Shown: in pieces, positions 1-16,059 of the stretch
Numbering within the stretch: the first letter of the stretch is position 1
Layout: each line of letters starts with the position of its first letter
NCBI RefSeq assembly: GCF_001677475.2
Contig: NZ_CP015229.1
DNA length: 64,000 bases
Source of the DNA: Escherichia coli
Lineage (GTDB): Bacteria; Pseudomonadota; Gammaproteobacteria; Enterobacterales; Enterobacteriaceae
Strand: one strand, 5' to 3'
Made by a program: the position numbers and the translations under genes
The notes under the pieces: model-generated
What the model was told of the DNA's origin: nothing
Databases searched by the model: none
The model's input: the letters and a program-made list of their open reading frames with translations, nothing else

Positions 1-880
1 CGAAGGAGAAGACCACATTCACCATCCACAGACCGAGGACCATGGTGATCACAGACTCGGTTTCGTACATCCAGGCATCGCCACTGCCATAGCGCTGGTT
101 GAGTAAGTAAGCGACAAATGCCAATGCTGCTGCAAGGGTACAGCCACGAGACGGCGTGGTAAACAAGGCTTTAAGATGAGGGAAAATGAAAGCCAGTGCG
201 CCGAGGATAAAGAACGGCAAATAAAATAGCGTTTGCATGACAATAAAATTGAACATGCCGTTACTCAGAATGGGCGGATACACAATAAAAATCGTTCTTC
301 TTATTACCGCATAGCCGATGCCGAGGCACAAAAAAATCACCGATAGTTTTACCATCGAGAATTTTTTATTCGTTTTATCAGAATTTTCTAAATTATTTCT
401 GATGCGTTTGAATATCCAGACGCACAGCGTCGTCATGACCACTAACACCAATAAAAACCACAGGTGCGATATTAATTCCCAGGCCAACGTATTATATTTG
501 TCATACAATGACAGTCCAGGCCAACTTTCCGCTTTCCCTTTGACGTATTGCAGCATAATAAATTGCGGCAATGTCAGTAGGGGGATGGCTGTTAACATCG
601 GGATCCCTACACGTTCGACACGTACTTTCCACCATTTTTTCAAGGGATAGCGTAAAAAAAGCATGTAGGAAAAGTACCCGGATATAACGAAAAATACCTG
701 CATGCGGAACGAGTGGATGAAGTCATTAAAAAGGGTCAGCCATAATGACGGTTCGGCGCTATTCACATGCCATGTATGGCTTGAATAGATTAAAGAAATA
801 TGAAAAGGGATCCCTAACAACATCAGCCAGGCGCGGATGGAGTCGAGGAAATATTCACGTTGCGCGGGTACTGGGTTCAT
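1..880 (-). CDS. opgC: Glucans biosynthesis protein OpgC (MdoC), partial; C-terminus runs off the window start
   Basis: Open minus-strand frame from ATG at 880 ([11 protein letters not shown]..., hand-translated) with no stop before position 1; absent from ORF track because truncated; divergent from opgGH as in E. coli. Confidence 0.75.
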   Translation of the reverse strand, partial: MNPVPAQREYFLDSIRAWLMLLGIPFHISLIYSSHTWHVNSAEPSLWLTLFNDFIHSFRMQVFFVISGYFSYMLFLRYPLKKWWKVRVERVGIPMLTAIPLLTLPQFIMLQYVKGKAESWPGLSLYDKYNTLAWELISHLWFLLVLVVMTTLCVWIFKRIRNNLENSDKTNKKFSMVKLSVIFLCLGIGYAVIRRTIFIVYPPILSNGMFNFIVMQTLFYLPFFILGALAFIFPHLKALFTTPSRGCTLAAALAFVAYLLNQRYGSGDAWMYETESVITMVLGLWMVNVVFSF

Positions 881-1162
881 ATATGGTTAACTAATCTCGG
901 ATTTTTCGTCTTATCCCTGTCGGGTTATGCCTTTAGGCTTGTTGCCATAGCGACACCGATCTGACCACGCCAGGCGCAGGCTTCAAGGTTTTTATGCATA
1001 GCATCATCGCTACCACTAACCAGAATGGAAGCGTCTGTAAGACGGTTGATAAATAAATTTGCTGGCAAACCCTACACGAAGTCGATGCTTCTGTCTTTAG
1101 GAGAAGCACGGAAAGTGAAAACGGTTGCAATCAGGTGCTTAATCCATGAGCCAGCGTGCTGA

Positions 1163-5345
<4,183 letters not shown>

Positions 5346-5351
5346 AAACGT

Positions 5352-5456
<105 letters not shown>

Positions 5457-5474
5457 AAAACGAGCCAATAAAAA

Positions 5475-5500
5475 TACCGGCGTTATGCCGGTATTTTTTT
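5475..5500 (+). terminator. Rho-independent terminator downstream of opgGH
   Basis: Stem taccggc/gccggta followed by a T7 run. Confidence 0.75.
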
Positions 5501-5516
5501 ACGGAAGAGGTATCAA

Positions 5517-5744
5517 ATGCGTTTAATTGTGGTGAGCATCATGGTGACCTTGCTGAGTGGCTGTGGCAGCATTATTAGTCGCACTATACCGGGGCAGGGG
5601 CATGGCAACCAATATTATCCCGGTGTGCAATGGGATGTGCGTGACTCCGCCTGGCGTTATGTCACGATCCTTGATCTGCCATTCTCCCTGGTTTTTGATA
5701 CTTTACTGCTGCCGATCGACATTCATCATGGCCCGTATGAGTGA
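5517..5744 (+). CDS. yceK: Outer membrane lipoprotein YceK
   Basis: 75 aa; lipobox LLSGCGS; matches recalled YceK. Confidence 0.85.
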   Translation: MRLIVVSIMVTLLSGCGSIISRTIPGQGHGNQYYPGVQWDVRDSAWRYVTILDLPFSLVFDTLLLPIDIHHGPYE

Positions 5745-6119
5745 TTAACGTTCATCCCACTCATCAGCTGCTGCGCGTCCTTCCTCGGTATCCAGCGGTG
5801 GCTCAAGCTGAAATTCCCCCTCGTCCCATTCATGTAATGTATTCTCTTCTTGCCACTCCTGGCGGATCTCTATCTCATCATAGTCGCCGTCAAAGACACT
5901 TTGCGCGGCTTCACCGCTAAGCATAGGTAAACATTCACCTTCTTCCCCTTCGTCGGCAAAAAACTCAACTTGCCACATGATGTCGCCGTCCTGCAAAACG
6001 TATTTTTGGGCATTGAACTGTTGCACATTCGCGTCTTCGGCGTCGATGCCGGGGTTGTCTGCAAGAAATTCTTCGCGTGCAGCGTCAATGGCTTCTTCAA
6101 GCGTTGCGTACATGGTCAT
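5745..6119 (-). CDS. msyB: Acidic protein MsyB
   Basis: Highly acidic 124 aa product MTMYATLEEAIDAAREEF...; start at second Met of ORF. Confidence 0.88.
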   Translation of the reverse strand: MTMYATLEEAIDAAREEFLADNPGIDAEDANVQQFNAQKYVLQDGDIMWQVEFFADEGEEGECLPMLSGEAAQSVFDGDYDEIEIRQEWQEENTLHEWDEGEFQLEPPLDTEEGRAAADEWDER

Positions 6120-6201
6120 CACGATTCTCCCTTTGAGTTGATGAGGTTTCAGGGAAAAGGATAGCTGATTCTCCGCTTTTGCAAGTATGAAAGGCGAAAA
6201 A

Positions 6202-7428
6202 TCAGTTCGATACCTGGGGTATTCGACGACGACGTAGACTGTTCCATGAATAGATTGCGTTGAATAACACTACGCCAGCGGTGACGAGAAATACCGCTCT
6301 GAAACCGTAGTTCGCTGAAATCGCTGCTCCCATCAATGGTCCGGTAACGTTGCCAATATCACGAAACGATTGGTTATAGCTGAAGATACGCCCGGCGATC
6401 TGGTTGCTCGAGTTATAAACTAACAGTGTCTGTACGGCGGGGAGTAGTGCACCATCGGCGGCACCGAGCAAAAAACGTAAAATCCCAAGTTGTAATGGCG
6501 TCTGAACGTAAGACATTGGGATCAACAGCAGTACAGAAAAGATCAGCGCCGTAATCAGGATCTTTTCGGGTCCGATTCGATCGCCAAGTTTGCCGAGTCG
6601 TGGTGCACTTAGCAGAGCCGCCACGCCTGGCACCGAGGCGATCATGCCACTGATAAAGGCGACGTTACTGACGTTACCCGCCAGTTCGCGGACATACAGC
6701 GTCAGAATGGGGGCAATTGAGCCCGTCGCCACCTGGATGATTAACGTGGTGACAAACAGGCTGAGTACCAGTTTCGGGTTTTTAAGTGATGTCACCACTT
6801 CCCGCATGTGCAGCATCTCTTTTTTGCTGACCGGCTGGAATTTTTCTCTGATGCAGAACAGGGTGACGAAAAAGCAGAGTATGAGCACACTGGCGGTAAT
6901 AAAGAATACCGGACGTAAGCCGTAGCTATCGGCGAGCAAACCGCCAGCCATTGGGCCGAGCAACGCGCCGCTAACGCCGCCTGTGGAGAGCGTACCCAGC
7001 GCCCAGCCGCTTTTATTACGCGGTACTTGTGTGGCGATAAGAGCATTAGCGTTGGGGACAAATCCGCCAAGTAAACCAAGAAGCGCCCGCAGGATCAAAA
7101 ACTGCCAGATATTTTGTGCCAGTCCCATCAACACCATCACGATGCCCATGCCGAGAGCAGAGCGTAATAGCATGAGTTTTCGGCCTTTACGGTCGGCGAG
7201 TCCACCCCAAAACGGTGAGGCGATGGCCGAAAATAAAAATGTAATGCTGAAGACAATACCGGACCACATATTCAGGGCGGAGTGGCCGGTAACGCCAAGC
7301 TGCTCAACGTAGAGGGGTAAGAAGGGCATTACCAGACTGAAGGCGGCACCGGTAAGAAAACAGCCTAGCCAGGCGACGATCAGGTTTCGTTTCCAGTTTA
7401 TAGGGGTGTCATTTTCACAGGGTGACAT
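6202..7428 (-). CDS. mdtG: MFS multidrug efflux transporter MdtG (YceE)
   Basis: 408 aa, about 12 predicted TM segments, MFS motif [10 protein letters not shown]. Confidence 0.92.
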   Translation of the reverse strand: MSPCENDTPINWKRNLIVAWLGCFLTGAAFSLVMPFLPLYVEQLGVTGHSALNMWSGIVFSITFLFSAIASPFWGGLADRKGRKLMLLRSALGMGIVMVLMGLAQNIWQFLILRALLGLLGGFVPNANALIATQVPRNKSGWALGTLSTGGVSGALLGPMAGGLLADSYGLRPVFFITASVLILCFFVTLFCIREKFQPVSKKEMLHMREVVTSLKNPKLVLSLFVTTLIIQVATGSIAPILTLYVRELAGNVSNVAFISGMIASVPGVAALLSAPRLGKLGDRIGPEKILITALIFSVLLLIPMSYVQTPLQLGILRFLLGAADGALLPAVQTLLVYNSSNQIAGRIFSYNQSFRDIGNVTGPLMGAAISANYGFRAVFLVTAGVVLFNAIYSWNSLRRRRIPQVSN

Positions 7429-7599
7429 AGCAATCCGCTGTTGGTGCGCCAGGCGCGGTGAACATAAGAAGAAAAGATAAGCACACTAATTATGCGCCCG
7501 ACTTCCAGGGGGCGCAATCCAGAGAGCTTTTATCGCTAAATCAGGGGGATTTGCTGTGGTAATGCCGGATGCCATTCTGAAGCATCCGGCATGGAAGAT

Positions 7600-8520
7600 T
7601 TAATAGCGTGAAGGAACGCCTTCCGGGCGTGTTTTAAAGCGACGGTGTAACCACATATACTGCTCTGGTGCCATCATGATGCATTTTTCGACCACTTTGT
7701 TCATCCACGCGGCGGTAGTTTCGGCATCATCCAGCGGCGGAGAACACTCTGGCGGCAGCATAATCAACTGATACCCTTTGCCATCTGGCTTACGGCGTGG
7801 AACAAAGGGCACCAGACATGCGCCGGACATCCGTGCCAGCATCCAGGTTCCGGTCGTGGTTGCAGCCTGCTCAACGGCAAACAACGGGACGAAAACGCTT
7901 GAGCGCGGGCCGTAATCATGATCCGGTGCGTACCAGACCACTTCGCCTTTTTTCAGGGCTTTAATCATGCCTTTTAAATCTTTGCGGTCGAGCATCGATT
8001 TATTTGAGCGCAAACGGCCCCAGGTTTGTAGCCAGTCAATCAGTGGATTATCGTTCGGGCGGTAAACGCCAATGCCCGGCTCCTGCATACCAAACTGCCG
8101 CGCACCCAGCTCCAGGGTCAGAAAATGGATGCCAACTAACAGGATGCCGCGTTTTTGCGCCTGCACGTCACGAATGTGTTCCATGCCGATCACTTCCGTC
8201 CAGCGGGCGATTCGGCGGTCCGGCCAGAACCACGCCATGCCGGTTTCCATCAGGCCCATGCCAACGGATTCGAAATTCTTCACCACCATTTTACGGCGTT
8301 CTTGTTCGCTCATTTCCGGGAAGCACAGTTCCAGGTTGCGATGCACAATTTTTGCGCGTCGTTTCATAAAACGTAACGCCAGTTTTCCTAATCCACAACC
8401 GAGGCGGTAGATAACCGGGTAGGGCAATTGCACGACCAACCAAAGTACGCCAATACCCAACCAGGTTAACCAATAACGCGGATGAAGCAGTGCGGTGGAG
8501 AACTTGGGTAGATTCGTCAT
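7600..8520 (-). CDS. lpxL: Lipid A biosynthesis lauroyl acyltransferase LpxL (HtrB)
   Basis: ORF 7600..8583; start set at [17 protein letters not shown] (306 aa) by recalled protein. Confidence 0.9.
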
Positions 8521-8744
8521 ATCAATCCTGTTTTTCAACCTATACGGGCAATTGTATGTATTGTCGCATTTTTTCGTCCGCAACCAAAATTTGTGACTGA
8601 AGACTGGGCGAAATTGCCGCGCTTGTAAATAACAAATAATTTTTAATGCGCAAATGTAGCGTAAAATGTGTGGATGTTAATTATCGATAATTGCTATATC
8701 ATGCCGCGGATTTTTACTTTCCCATCTCGCAGGAACCGTACACC

Positions 8745-9797
8745 ATGCCAGTGTTACACAACCGCATTTCCAACGACGCGTTAAAAGCCAAAATGTTGGC
8801 TGAGAGCGAACCGCGAACCACCATTTCGTTTTATAAGTATTTCCACATTGCCGATCCTAAGGTGACCCGTGACGCTTTATATCAGCTGTTTACCGCGCTG
8901 AATGTTTTTGGGCGAGTGTATCTGGCGCATGAGGGCATTAACGCGCAAATCAGCGTACCTGCGAGCAATGTTGAAACATTTCGCGCGCAGCTCTATGTCT
9001 TCGACCCGGCGTTAGAGGGCTTACGCCTGAATATCGCGTTGGATGATGACGGGAAATCCTTCTGGGTACTGCGCATGAAGGTACGCGATCGCATTGTTGC
9101 CGACGGTATTGACGATCCTCACTTTGATGCCAGCAATGTTGGTGAGTATCTGCAAGCGGCGGAAGTGAACGCCATGCTTGACGATCCCGATGCACTATTT
9201 ATCGACATGCGTAACCACTATGAGTATGAAGTGGGGCACTTTGAAAACGCGCTGGAAATTCCGGCAGATACCTTCCGTGAGCAGCTGCCAAAAGCAGTCG
9301 AGATGATGCAGGCACATAAAGATAAAAAAATTGTGATGTACTGCACCGGCGGCATTCGTTGTGAAAAGGCCAGTGCCTGGATGAAACATAACGGATTCAA
9401 CAAAGTCTGGCATATCGAGGGCGGAATTATTGAATACGCCCGTAAGGCGCGCGAGCAGGGCTTGCCGGTGCGTTTTATTGGCAAAAATTTTGTTTTTGAC
9501 GAGCGGATGGGCGAACGTATATCTGATGAGATTATCGCGCATTGCCACCAGTGCGGTGCGCCGTGCGACAGCCATACCAACTGTAAAAATGATGGCTGCC
9601 ACCTGCTGTTTATTCAGTGTCCAGTATGCGCGGAAAAATACAAAGGTTGTTGTAGTGAAATTTGCTGCGAAGAAAGCGCGTTACCGCCAGAAGAACAGCG
9701 ACGCCGTCGGGCAGGACGTGAAAATGGCAATAAGATCTTTAATAAGTCTCGTGGACGTCTGAATACAACACTGGGCATTCCTGATCCAACAGAATAA
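8745..9797 (+). CDS. trhO: Rhodanese-domain tRNA uridine(34) hydroxylase TrhO (YceA)
   Basis: ORF 8691..9797; start set at [16 protein letters not shown]; rhodanese CTGGIRCE active-site motif and Cys-rich C-terminus. Confidence 0.88.
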   Translation: MPVLHNRISNDALKAKMLAESEPRTTISFYKYFHIADPKVTRDALYQLFTALNVFGRVYLAHEGINAQISVPASNVETFRAQLYVFDPALEGLRLNIALDDDGKSFWVLRMKVRDRIVADGIDDPHFDASNVGEYLQAAEVNAMLDDPDALFIDMRNHYEYEVGHFENALEIPADTFREQLPKAVEMMQAHKDKKIVMYCTGGIRCEKASAWMKHNGFNKVWHIEGGIIEYARKAREQGLPVRFIGKNFVFDERMGERISDEIIAHCHQCGAPCDSHTNCKNDGCHLLFIQCPVCAEKYKGCCSEICCEESALPPEEQRRRRAGRENGNKIFNKSRGRLNTTLGIPDPTE

Positions 9798-9803
9798 ATA
9801 TCA

Positions 9804-9828
9804 TTGCCGGATGCGTGCCATCCGGCAA
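9804..9828. terminator. Hairpin between convergent trhO and yceI, possible bidirectional terminator
   Basis: Inverted repeat ttgccggatg...catccggcaa in the 41-bp convergent intergenic gap. Confidence 0.45.
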
Positions 9829-9838
9829 CATTTCACTC

Positions 9839-10414
9839 TTACTTCTGCTGTACGCCTTCCACTGAAATAATCAGATCCACTTCCTGAGAAGCTGGACCTA
9901 AATCTGTCTTGATATTGAAGTCTTTGAGCTTAATTTTGCCTTCGGCCTCAAAGCCTGCACGTTTACCGCCCCACGGGTCGTCGCCCTGACCAATTAATTT
10001 CGCTTCCAGCGTGACGGGTTTGGTTACGCCATTCAGCGTCAGATCGCCGGTAATATCCAGTTCGTCACCGTCTTTCTTCACGCTGGTGGAGGTGAATGTT
10101 GCCTGTGGATATTTTGCGGTATTGAGAAAATCCGCACTGCGAAGATGTTTATCGCGTTCGGCGTGGTTAGTATCGACGCTGGTGGTGTTAATTGTCACAT
10201 TCACTTTATCGGCAGCTGGATTTTTTTCATCAAAGGTAAAAGTACCGTCGAAATCTTTAAAGGTGCCATATAACCAGCTATAGCCAAGATGCTGGATGCG
10301 GAAGTTAACAAAGGCGTGCTGACCTTCTTTGTCAATTTTGTAATCGGCGGCAACCGCTGAACCGGCAGAGAACATCAGGGACGCGAAGGTTAAACTAAGC
10401 AGGCTTTTTTTCAT
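9839..10414 (-). CDS. yceI: Periplasmic YceI-family polyisoprenoid-binding protein
   Basis: 191 aa with signal peptide; matches recalled YceI. Confidence 0.9.
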   Translation of the reverse strand: MKKSLLSLTFASLMFSAGSAVAADYKIDKEGQHAFVNFRIQHLGYSWLYGTFKDFDGTFTFDEKNPAADKVNVTINTTSVDTNHAERDKHLRSADFLNTAKYPQATFTSTSVKKDGDELDITGDLTLNGVTKPVTLEAKLIGQGDDPWGGKRAGFEAEGKIKLKDFNIKTDLGPASQEVDLIISVEGVQQK

Positions 10415-10417
10415 TTT

Positions 10418-10984
10418 TTATACTCCATAGTCAGATGACGACTTTCCCAGCATGCGCTTCAGAGTGTCGTCTTTATCGATGAAATGATGCTTCAGGGCCA
10501 TAAATCCGTGCATAACAGACAGTACTACGACGCTCCACGCGAGCCAAAAATGCATGGCACCGGCAAAGTCTGCCTGTGCGCCAGCGTCGGCAAGGGTCGC
10601 GGGGACGTCAAACCAGCCAAAAACGCTGATCGGTTTACCATCGGCAGTTGAGATCAGATAGCCGCTGATGCCGATGGCGAACAGCAATAGGTACAATGCG
10701 AGATGTCCAGCTTTCGCGGCAAGACGAGTCATGGGCGAATAACTCGGCAGCGGACCCGGCGGTGGAGATATGACATGCCACAGAACGCGAATAACCAGCC
10801 CCATCATTAACAAAATACCGATGCTTTTATGCAGTTCGGGTGCTTTGTGATACCAGCCATCGTAATAACTGAGAGTGACCATCCACAGACCTAAAGCAAA
10901 CATGCCGTAGACAATAATTGCGCTTAGCCAATGGAAGGCCGCAGATATAACACCATAGCGTTCAGGGGTATTTGTGAATGACAT
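10418..10984 (-). CDS. yceJ: Cytochrome b561 family protein YceJ
   Basis: ORF 10418..11059; start set at MSFTNTPERYGVISAAFHW; 4 TM helices with conserved His. Confidence 0.85.
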   Translation of the reverse strand: MSFTNTPERYGVISAAFHWLSAIIVYGMFALGLWMVTLSYYDGWYHKAPELHKSIGILLMMGLVIRVLWHVISPPPGPLPSYSPMTRLAAKAGHLALYLLLFAIGISGYLISTADGKPISVFGWFDVPATLADAGAQADFAGAMHFWLAWSVVVLSVMHGFMALKHHFIDKDDTLKRMLGKSSSDYGV

Positions 10985-11245
10985 AAGTGCATCCAAAACG
11001 AATTTGCGAGAGAAAGAAAATGGCGTGTCGGAGAATGAATTGCAACACAAAAATAACAAATTGAATGATATTTATTTTTATTTCAATAATTTTGAATTAA
11101 TAATGAAAGAATCTTCATAAGTTTAGTGGGTTCAGCATCAGAGATGTCTGGTGAGTGCTGTAGAAGCAGGAAGAATCTCATTCAATTTTTCACGCTAAAT
11201 GAAAGGGAGATTAAATATTTGTCAGTTTATGTCAGTGCGGAAAGA

Positions 11246-11359
11246 CTAAAAATAAAACACGTAGATCAGGTCCATAATTGCCAATAGTCCCCAGAGAAAA
11301 AGATAAAGCATCAGATGCTCGCGAATATTATTGATGAGATAGTGCAACAGCCGACGCAT
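11246..11359 (-). CDS. yceO: Small membrane protein YceO (37 aa)
   Basis: Hand-translated minus-strand [40 protein letters not shown]; below ORF-track size cut-off; matches recalled YceO and its position between yceJ and solA. Confidence 0.6.
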
Positions 11360-11406
11360 TAAATACTCCTGTAAAAACGGCCTCATTCTGGAGGCCGTAA
11401 TGATGA

Positions 11407-12525
11407 TTATTGGAAGCGGGAAAGCCTGAATGGCGTTAAATCAAAATCGCTTTTTTTGTCTTGCGCAAAATCGGCAGCTATTTCCCCTAAAACTGACGCA
11501 AATTTAAAACCGTGCCCACTCAGGCCGGTAATGAGCAGTGTATTATCGTGGCCGGGTAGGGTATCGATAATAAAATCTTCGTCAGGCGAATTATCATAGG
11601 TGCAGGCAGCGCCGTACAGGCAGCAACCGATACCCGGCAATACATTGCGCAAGAACGGGAAGGCTTCTGACCCATCACTGGCCACTTCCGCAAACGGAAC
11701 ACGTTCATCCGCTGAATGGATAACCTGGCCTCCGTTATGTTTGCCAATCTTCAACGCGTCGTTTTCTGCCGGAAAACCATAATATTGATCGCCATTGGGC
11801 AGTTCACCGGTAAACGCCGGGAATTTATTCTTCACGCTATAGCGGCCATCGGCCTGATACCAGGCAAATACTTTACGTACGGGCTGGACAGGCAGCTCCG
11901 GGAGCAGGTCTTTTACCCATGTTCCCGCGCAGACAATCGCTTTTTTCGCCTGATACTCACCGTCAGCTGTTTCAATAGTTACGCCATCATCGCCATGACG
12001 AATTGCGGTGACCGGGCAGTTGAACAGTTGCGCACAGCCCGCTTCCTTCGCCAGTTGGATCCAGGTTTTAATCGCCAGTTCGCTGCGCAAAAAACCGGAA
12101 TCAGTCTCAAATAAGCCGATGTAGTTGTCCGGGACGCGTATTTCTGGCCAGCGGGCCATAATCCCTTGCGCATCGAGCTTTTCAACGTTGAGTTGCCACT
12201 GTTCGGCGCTGTGGGCGACGTTGGCGAGAAATGCGGAGTCAGCCGGGCCGAGGTTAATGACACCAGAGCGTACAAAAATGGGATCATCTTCGTTGTGGCG
12301 GGAGAGATCATCCCACAGTGTTTGCGCGCGGAGGACCAGCGGGACATACTTTTCGCCTTCACCATAAGCATGGCGAATTAATCGCGTATCGCCGTGGTGG
12401 CTGCCGTGTTGATGCGGTGGCATATGGGCGTCGGTCATTAGCACGTTTAAACCGGCGCGGGTTGCATAATACCCGGCGGCAGCGCCTACGGAACCGCTGC
12501 CAATAATGATGAGATCGTATTTCAT
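11407..12525 (-). CDS. solA: N-methyl-L-tryptophan oxidase SolA
   Basis: 372 aa; FAD-binding [14 protein letters not shown]-terminus. Confidence 0.93.
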
Positions 12526-12639
12526 TTTTTTCTCTCTGCTCTCATGGTTTAAGCAGAGTAATTAACTGAATGCAGATATACAACCCAGAAATGGTAAAGG
12601 CACCGGTGAGGTGCCTTTTGGGTGGATGGTCATGTCATG

Positions 12640-12894
12640 TTAATGACGCCGATACTCGTTTACCTGGAAATCACCGGATTCAATTTTGGCGATTCCTGCT
12701 TCTAATATCGAAATAAATTGTCTGGCAACATCAGTGGTTAACCAGAGCGTTTGACCAACTTCAGTCCCTTCCTGCTCGGACTTATTTGGGGTCTGGTAGT
12801 GCAAACGCAACATCAGCGCATCATAGCTATCAACGGTGCTGATGTCCCACCCTACGAGCGGATGAGTCTGAATGACTTCATTATTTTTTTCCAT
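12640..12894 (-). CDS. bssS: Biofilm regulator BssS (YceP)
   Basis: 84 aa MEKNNEVIQTHPLVGWDI...; matches recalled BssS. Confidence 0.88.
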   Translation of the reverse strand: MEKNNEVIQTHPLVGWDISTVDSYDALMLRLHYQTPNKSEQEGTEVGQTLWLTTDVARQFISILEAGIAKIESGDFQVNEYRRH

Positions 12895-13183
12895 CATGGC
12901 CCCCTAATTCGTGTTACTAGACAACGTTATTCGAGGTTCAATGCGTTTTTATCTGAAGCAACTTCAGTATACCAATAAGTAAGGGTATTCACCGAATTTT
13001 TAAAGGGGGAAACAGATAAATTTTTGCTTTTAAGATTTATATGAACAATAAAACAGCATGTCATTCATATTTTTTTAGCATATTGTGCAATTATTTTGAG
13101 GAAGTGTAGAAATTTTGTGCTCGAAATTTGTAAGTAAAATAAAAAAGCCGGGGCGACCCGGCAAAAACAAAAATCACTGCGTA

Positions 13184-13429
13184 TTATTCGCTGACAAACC
13201 AGTCATCGGCGCTTTCCCACGTTTCCTGGAGAATTTCGCTAATGCGCTGTTTATCTTCTTTTGTCGCGCCAATAACCGATAAATTATTCGCTGCGGCATA
13301 ACGTACCGATACGTGGCCTTCATTGTCAGGAAACGCATACTGAATACGGCGGGAAAGTTCGCCAGCCAGGGCGTCAATAGCCCCAGCTGGCAATGGAGAA
13401 GTTTTCGCTATGGTGACTTCAATTCGCAT
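13184..13429 (-). CDS. dinI: DNA damage-inducible protein DinI
   Basis: ORF 13184..13561; true start MRIEVTIAKTSPLPAGAIDAL (81 aa). Confidence 0.9.
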   Translation of the reverse strand: MRIEVTIAKTSPLPAGAIDALAGELSRRIQYAFPDNEGHVSVRYAAANNLSVIGATKEDKQRISEILQETWESADDWFVSE

Positions 13430-13450
13430 AATAGCCCCCTGTTGAATATA

Positions 13451-13466
13451 CTGGTTATTTATACAG
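13451..13466 (-). promoter_or_regulatory. LexA (SOS) box upstream of dinI
   Basis: Minus-strand CTGTATAAATAACCAG fits CTG-N10-CAG consensus, about 22 nt upstream of dinI start. Confidence 0.8.
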
Positions 13467-13502
13467 GTAAAATAACCTAATGACAACAGGAAGCTACGAT
13501 TT

Positions 13503-14549
13503 TTATTGTTTAACGGACCAGCGTACCGTTTCCCCGGCGAGGAATGGCACCAGTGTGTCATCAGTCAGTGCGATGCTTTCAGCAACCTGTTGCTCTTCAC
13601 GTACCAGTTCGATGAATGTGTCGTTGACCGGCAACCCATAGAACTGCGGGCCGTTTACAGAACAGAATGCTTCAAAGTGCTGCAAAGCATTCATCTCTTC
13701 AAAGACGGTAGCGTAACTGCCCAGCGCGGTTGGGGCGTTGAAGCAGCCCGCGCAGCCGCAACTGCTCTCTTTGCGATGACGTGCATGTGGCGCAGAATCC
13801 GTACCGAGGAATACTCGATTAAAACCGCTGGCGACCAGTTCACGCAATGCCTGTTGGTGAATATTGCGTTTGAGGATGGGTAAACAATACAGGTGCGGAC
13901 GCACGCCACCAACCAGCATATGGTTGCGGTTAAACATCAGATGCTGCGGAGTGATGGTGGCAGCCAGCCGTTCATTTCCGTCACGGACATAGTCGGCAGC
14001 ATCTTTGGTGGTGATGTGCTCAAAAACGACTTTCAGCGCAGTCAGGCGCTGGCGCAGCGGTTCCATCACGCTTTCTATAAAACGCGCTTCACGATCAAAA
14101 ATGTCGATATCTGCATGTGTCACTTCACCATGCACCAGTAGCGGCATACCGATTTTTTCCATGCGCTCAAGTACCGGCATGATTGCGTCAATTGACGTCA
14201 CGCCGTGGCTGGAGTTAGTGGTTGCGTTTGCCGGGTAAAGTTTTGCAGCGGTGAACACGCCTTCGTTAAATCCGCGCTCCAGCTCATTAGGATCCAGCGA
14301 ATCTGTTAAATAACAGGTCATCAATGGGGTGAAATCGTGCCCGGCAGGTACGGCGTCAAGAATACGCTGGCGATACGCCACGGCAGCCTCAACAGTGGTC
14401 ACGGGCGGAGCCAGATTGGGCATTACGATAGCCCGTCCATAAATTTCGCTGGTATATGGCACGACAGTTTTTAACATGTCGCCATCGCGGAGGTGAAGGT
14501 GCCAGTCATCTGGGCGGCGGATCTTTAATACCTGGGATGGTGCAGTCAT
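13503..14549 (-). CDS. pyrC: Dihydroorotase PyrC
   Basis: 348 aa; metal-binding HLHLRDG motif. Confidence 0.95.
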
Positions 14550-14654
14550 TAATCTCTATGCTCCGGCTGAAGGGATGTTTTTGCCGGACACAAAGGATAA
14601 GCGGAAACGTTTTCCTTTGCACGAAAAATAAAGGGCGCGAATGCGCCCTCGTGA

Positions 14655-15215
14655 TTAATCAGTAAACGGAATGACAATTTCGCCTGGCTTCACTTCAATG
14701 CCTTTCGCCAGTTTCTTCGCCATTGCTTCGCCCTGGCTGCCATCTTCGCGCAGGACGTAAGCTGGTTGCTGGTTAAAGTAATTGCGTAATGCCTGGTTCA
14801 AATAGGGGAGCAACGTTTGCATCACCGTTTGCATTTTTTCCGGTTGTACCGTCGCATCGACCACTTCCATCTCTTTCAGGAAGATCGCACCTTTTTCTTT
14901 ATCAAACACGGGCAGCGCTTTCAGCTTCAGTTTCATGGTCGCTTTCTGGCTACCGAACAGGGAGTTCATGTCCAGATTGGCGTCTCCGGTTAGGGTAACC
15001 TTATTCGGCTCTTCGCGACCAATTTGGCTGGTCAGGTTTGTCAGAACAATATGGGCGTCAGCCACGCCGGGTAAACCGATATCTTTTGAGAAATTATTAT
15101 GTTTCGCAAGCGACTGGTTAATTTCTTGTTCGGTGATGGTGTATTGGGTGAGTTGATTACAGCCAACGAGCAGGCCACTGACGATCAATGCAGCGGCAAA
15201 TAAAAACTTGTTCAT
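14655..15215 (-). CDS. yceB: Lipoprotein YceB (DUF1439)
   Basis: ORF 14655..15416; start set at MNKFLFAAALIVSGLLVGCNQ (lipobox), 186 aa. Confidence 0.85.
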   Translation of the reverse strand: MNKFLFAAALIVSGLLVGCNQLTQYTITEQEINQSLAKHNNFSKDIGLPGVADAHIVLTNLTSQIGREEPNKVTLTGDANLDMNSLFGSQKATMKLKLKALPVFDKEKGAIFLKEMEVVDATVQPEKMQTVMQTLLPYLNQALRNYFNQQPAYVLREDGSQGEAMAKKLAKGIEVKPGEIVIPFTD

Positions 15216-15348
15216 GGTAGTCCTCGACATGAAATCTGCGTCAATATCCTGACACAACGCAGCATGTGTCACCAGCGATAAACGCGCCAGCAGAAAAAAC
15301 TGAAAACGGCGGCAACCCGCGAATACAGGCTGCCGCGGCGGGTCAGGA

Positions 15349-15996
15349 TTAAATCGCCATTGATGATAACAAATTGATTTGTGTCTGTTTCGCCATATTA
15401 TCGCGGTAATCAGCAACGCGGCTTGGCCAGTTGATTCCGGCTACCAGCGTCAGATTACGCAGCAGCGGAAATAGCTGAATATCATCTTCCGAAAGTTCGC
15501 CATTCACGGCGTTCGGTTTGACGATCAGTTTGTCCAGCGCACGTAAATCATCGCTGATATTCTTAATCAGACCGTCAGAGTGGGCCAGCAGGTCGGCAAA
15601 ATTACCCGCGCTGGCCTCTTTCTTGTCGACGAAATATTTGCGCGCGGCGGGAGTAGAAAACTCATCAAATGCCGATTTGGCAAAACGAGGCAACAGCAGT
15701 TTGTTGGCGTAGCCATTGACCTTGCGCAGCCACTCTTCAATGGCAGGGGAACGTTTGCCGGTCAGTAACGGTTTGCCGTCGAGTTTATCGACATAGTGAA
15801 CGATGTCCATGCTTTCTGGCATATAGCGGCTGTCATCTTTTTGCAGAATGGGAACCTGTTTTTGACCGACCATCCGGGTGGGTGTTTCTGCGTCGTCGTT
15901 GAGCAGAACATGTAATTCGACGGGGATATTTTTCAGGCCGAAAATCATGCGGGCTTTGAGGCAGTAAGGGCAGTGATCGTAAATGTATAGCTTCAC
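15349..15996 (-). CDS. grxB: Glutaredoxin 2 GrxB
   Basis: 215 aa; CPYC active site at N-terminus. Confidence 0.93.
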   Translation of the reverse strand: MKLYIYDHCPYCLKARMIFGLKNIPVELHVLLNDDAETPTRMVGQKQVPILQKDDSRYMPESMDIVHYVDKLDGKPLLTGKRSPAIEEWLRKVNGYANKLLLPRFAKSAFDEFSTPAARKYFVDKKEASAGNFADLLAHSDGLIKNISDDLRALDKLIVKPNAVNGELSEDDIQLFPLLRNLTLVAGINWPSRVADYRDNMAKQTQINLLSSMAI

Positions 15997-16059
15997 GTGA
16001 CTCCTCCATTTGGCTGTCAGTTCACTTTCAGTATGGAGGAGTCAGGGGGGAGTATCAAA

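Noticed and set aside
318-650. 110-aa plus-strand ORF near the window start
   Set aside because: Lies antisense within the truncated opgC CDS, which is itself missing from the track only because it lacks a stop in the window.
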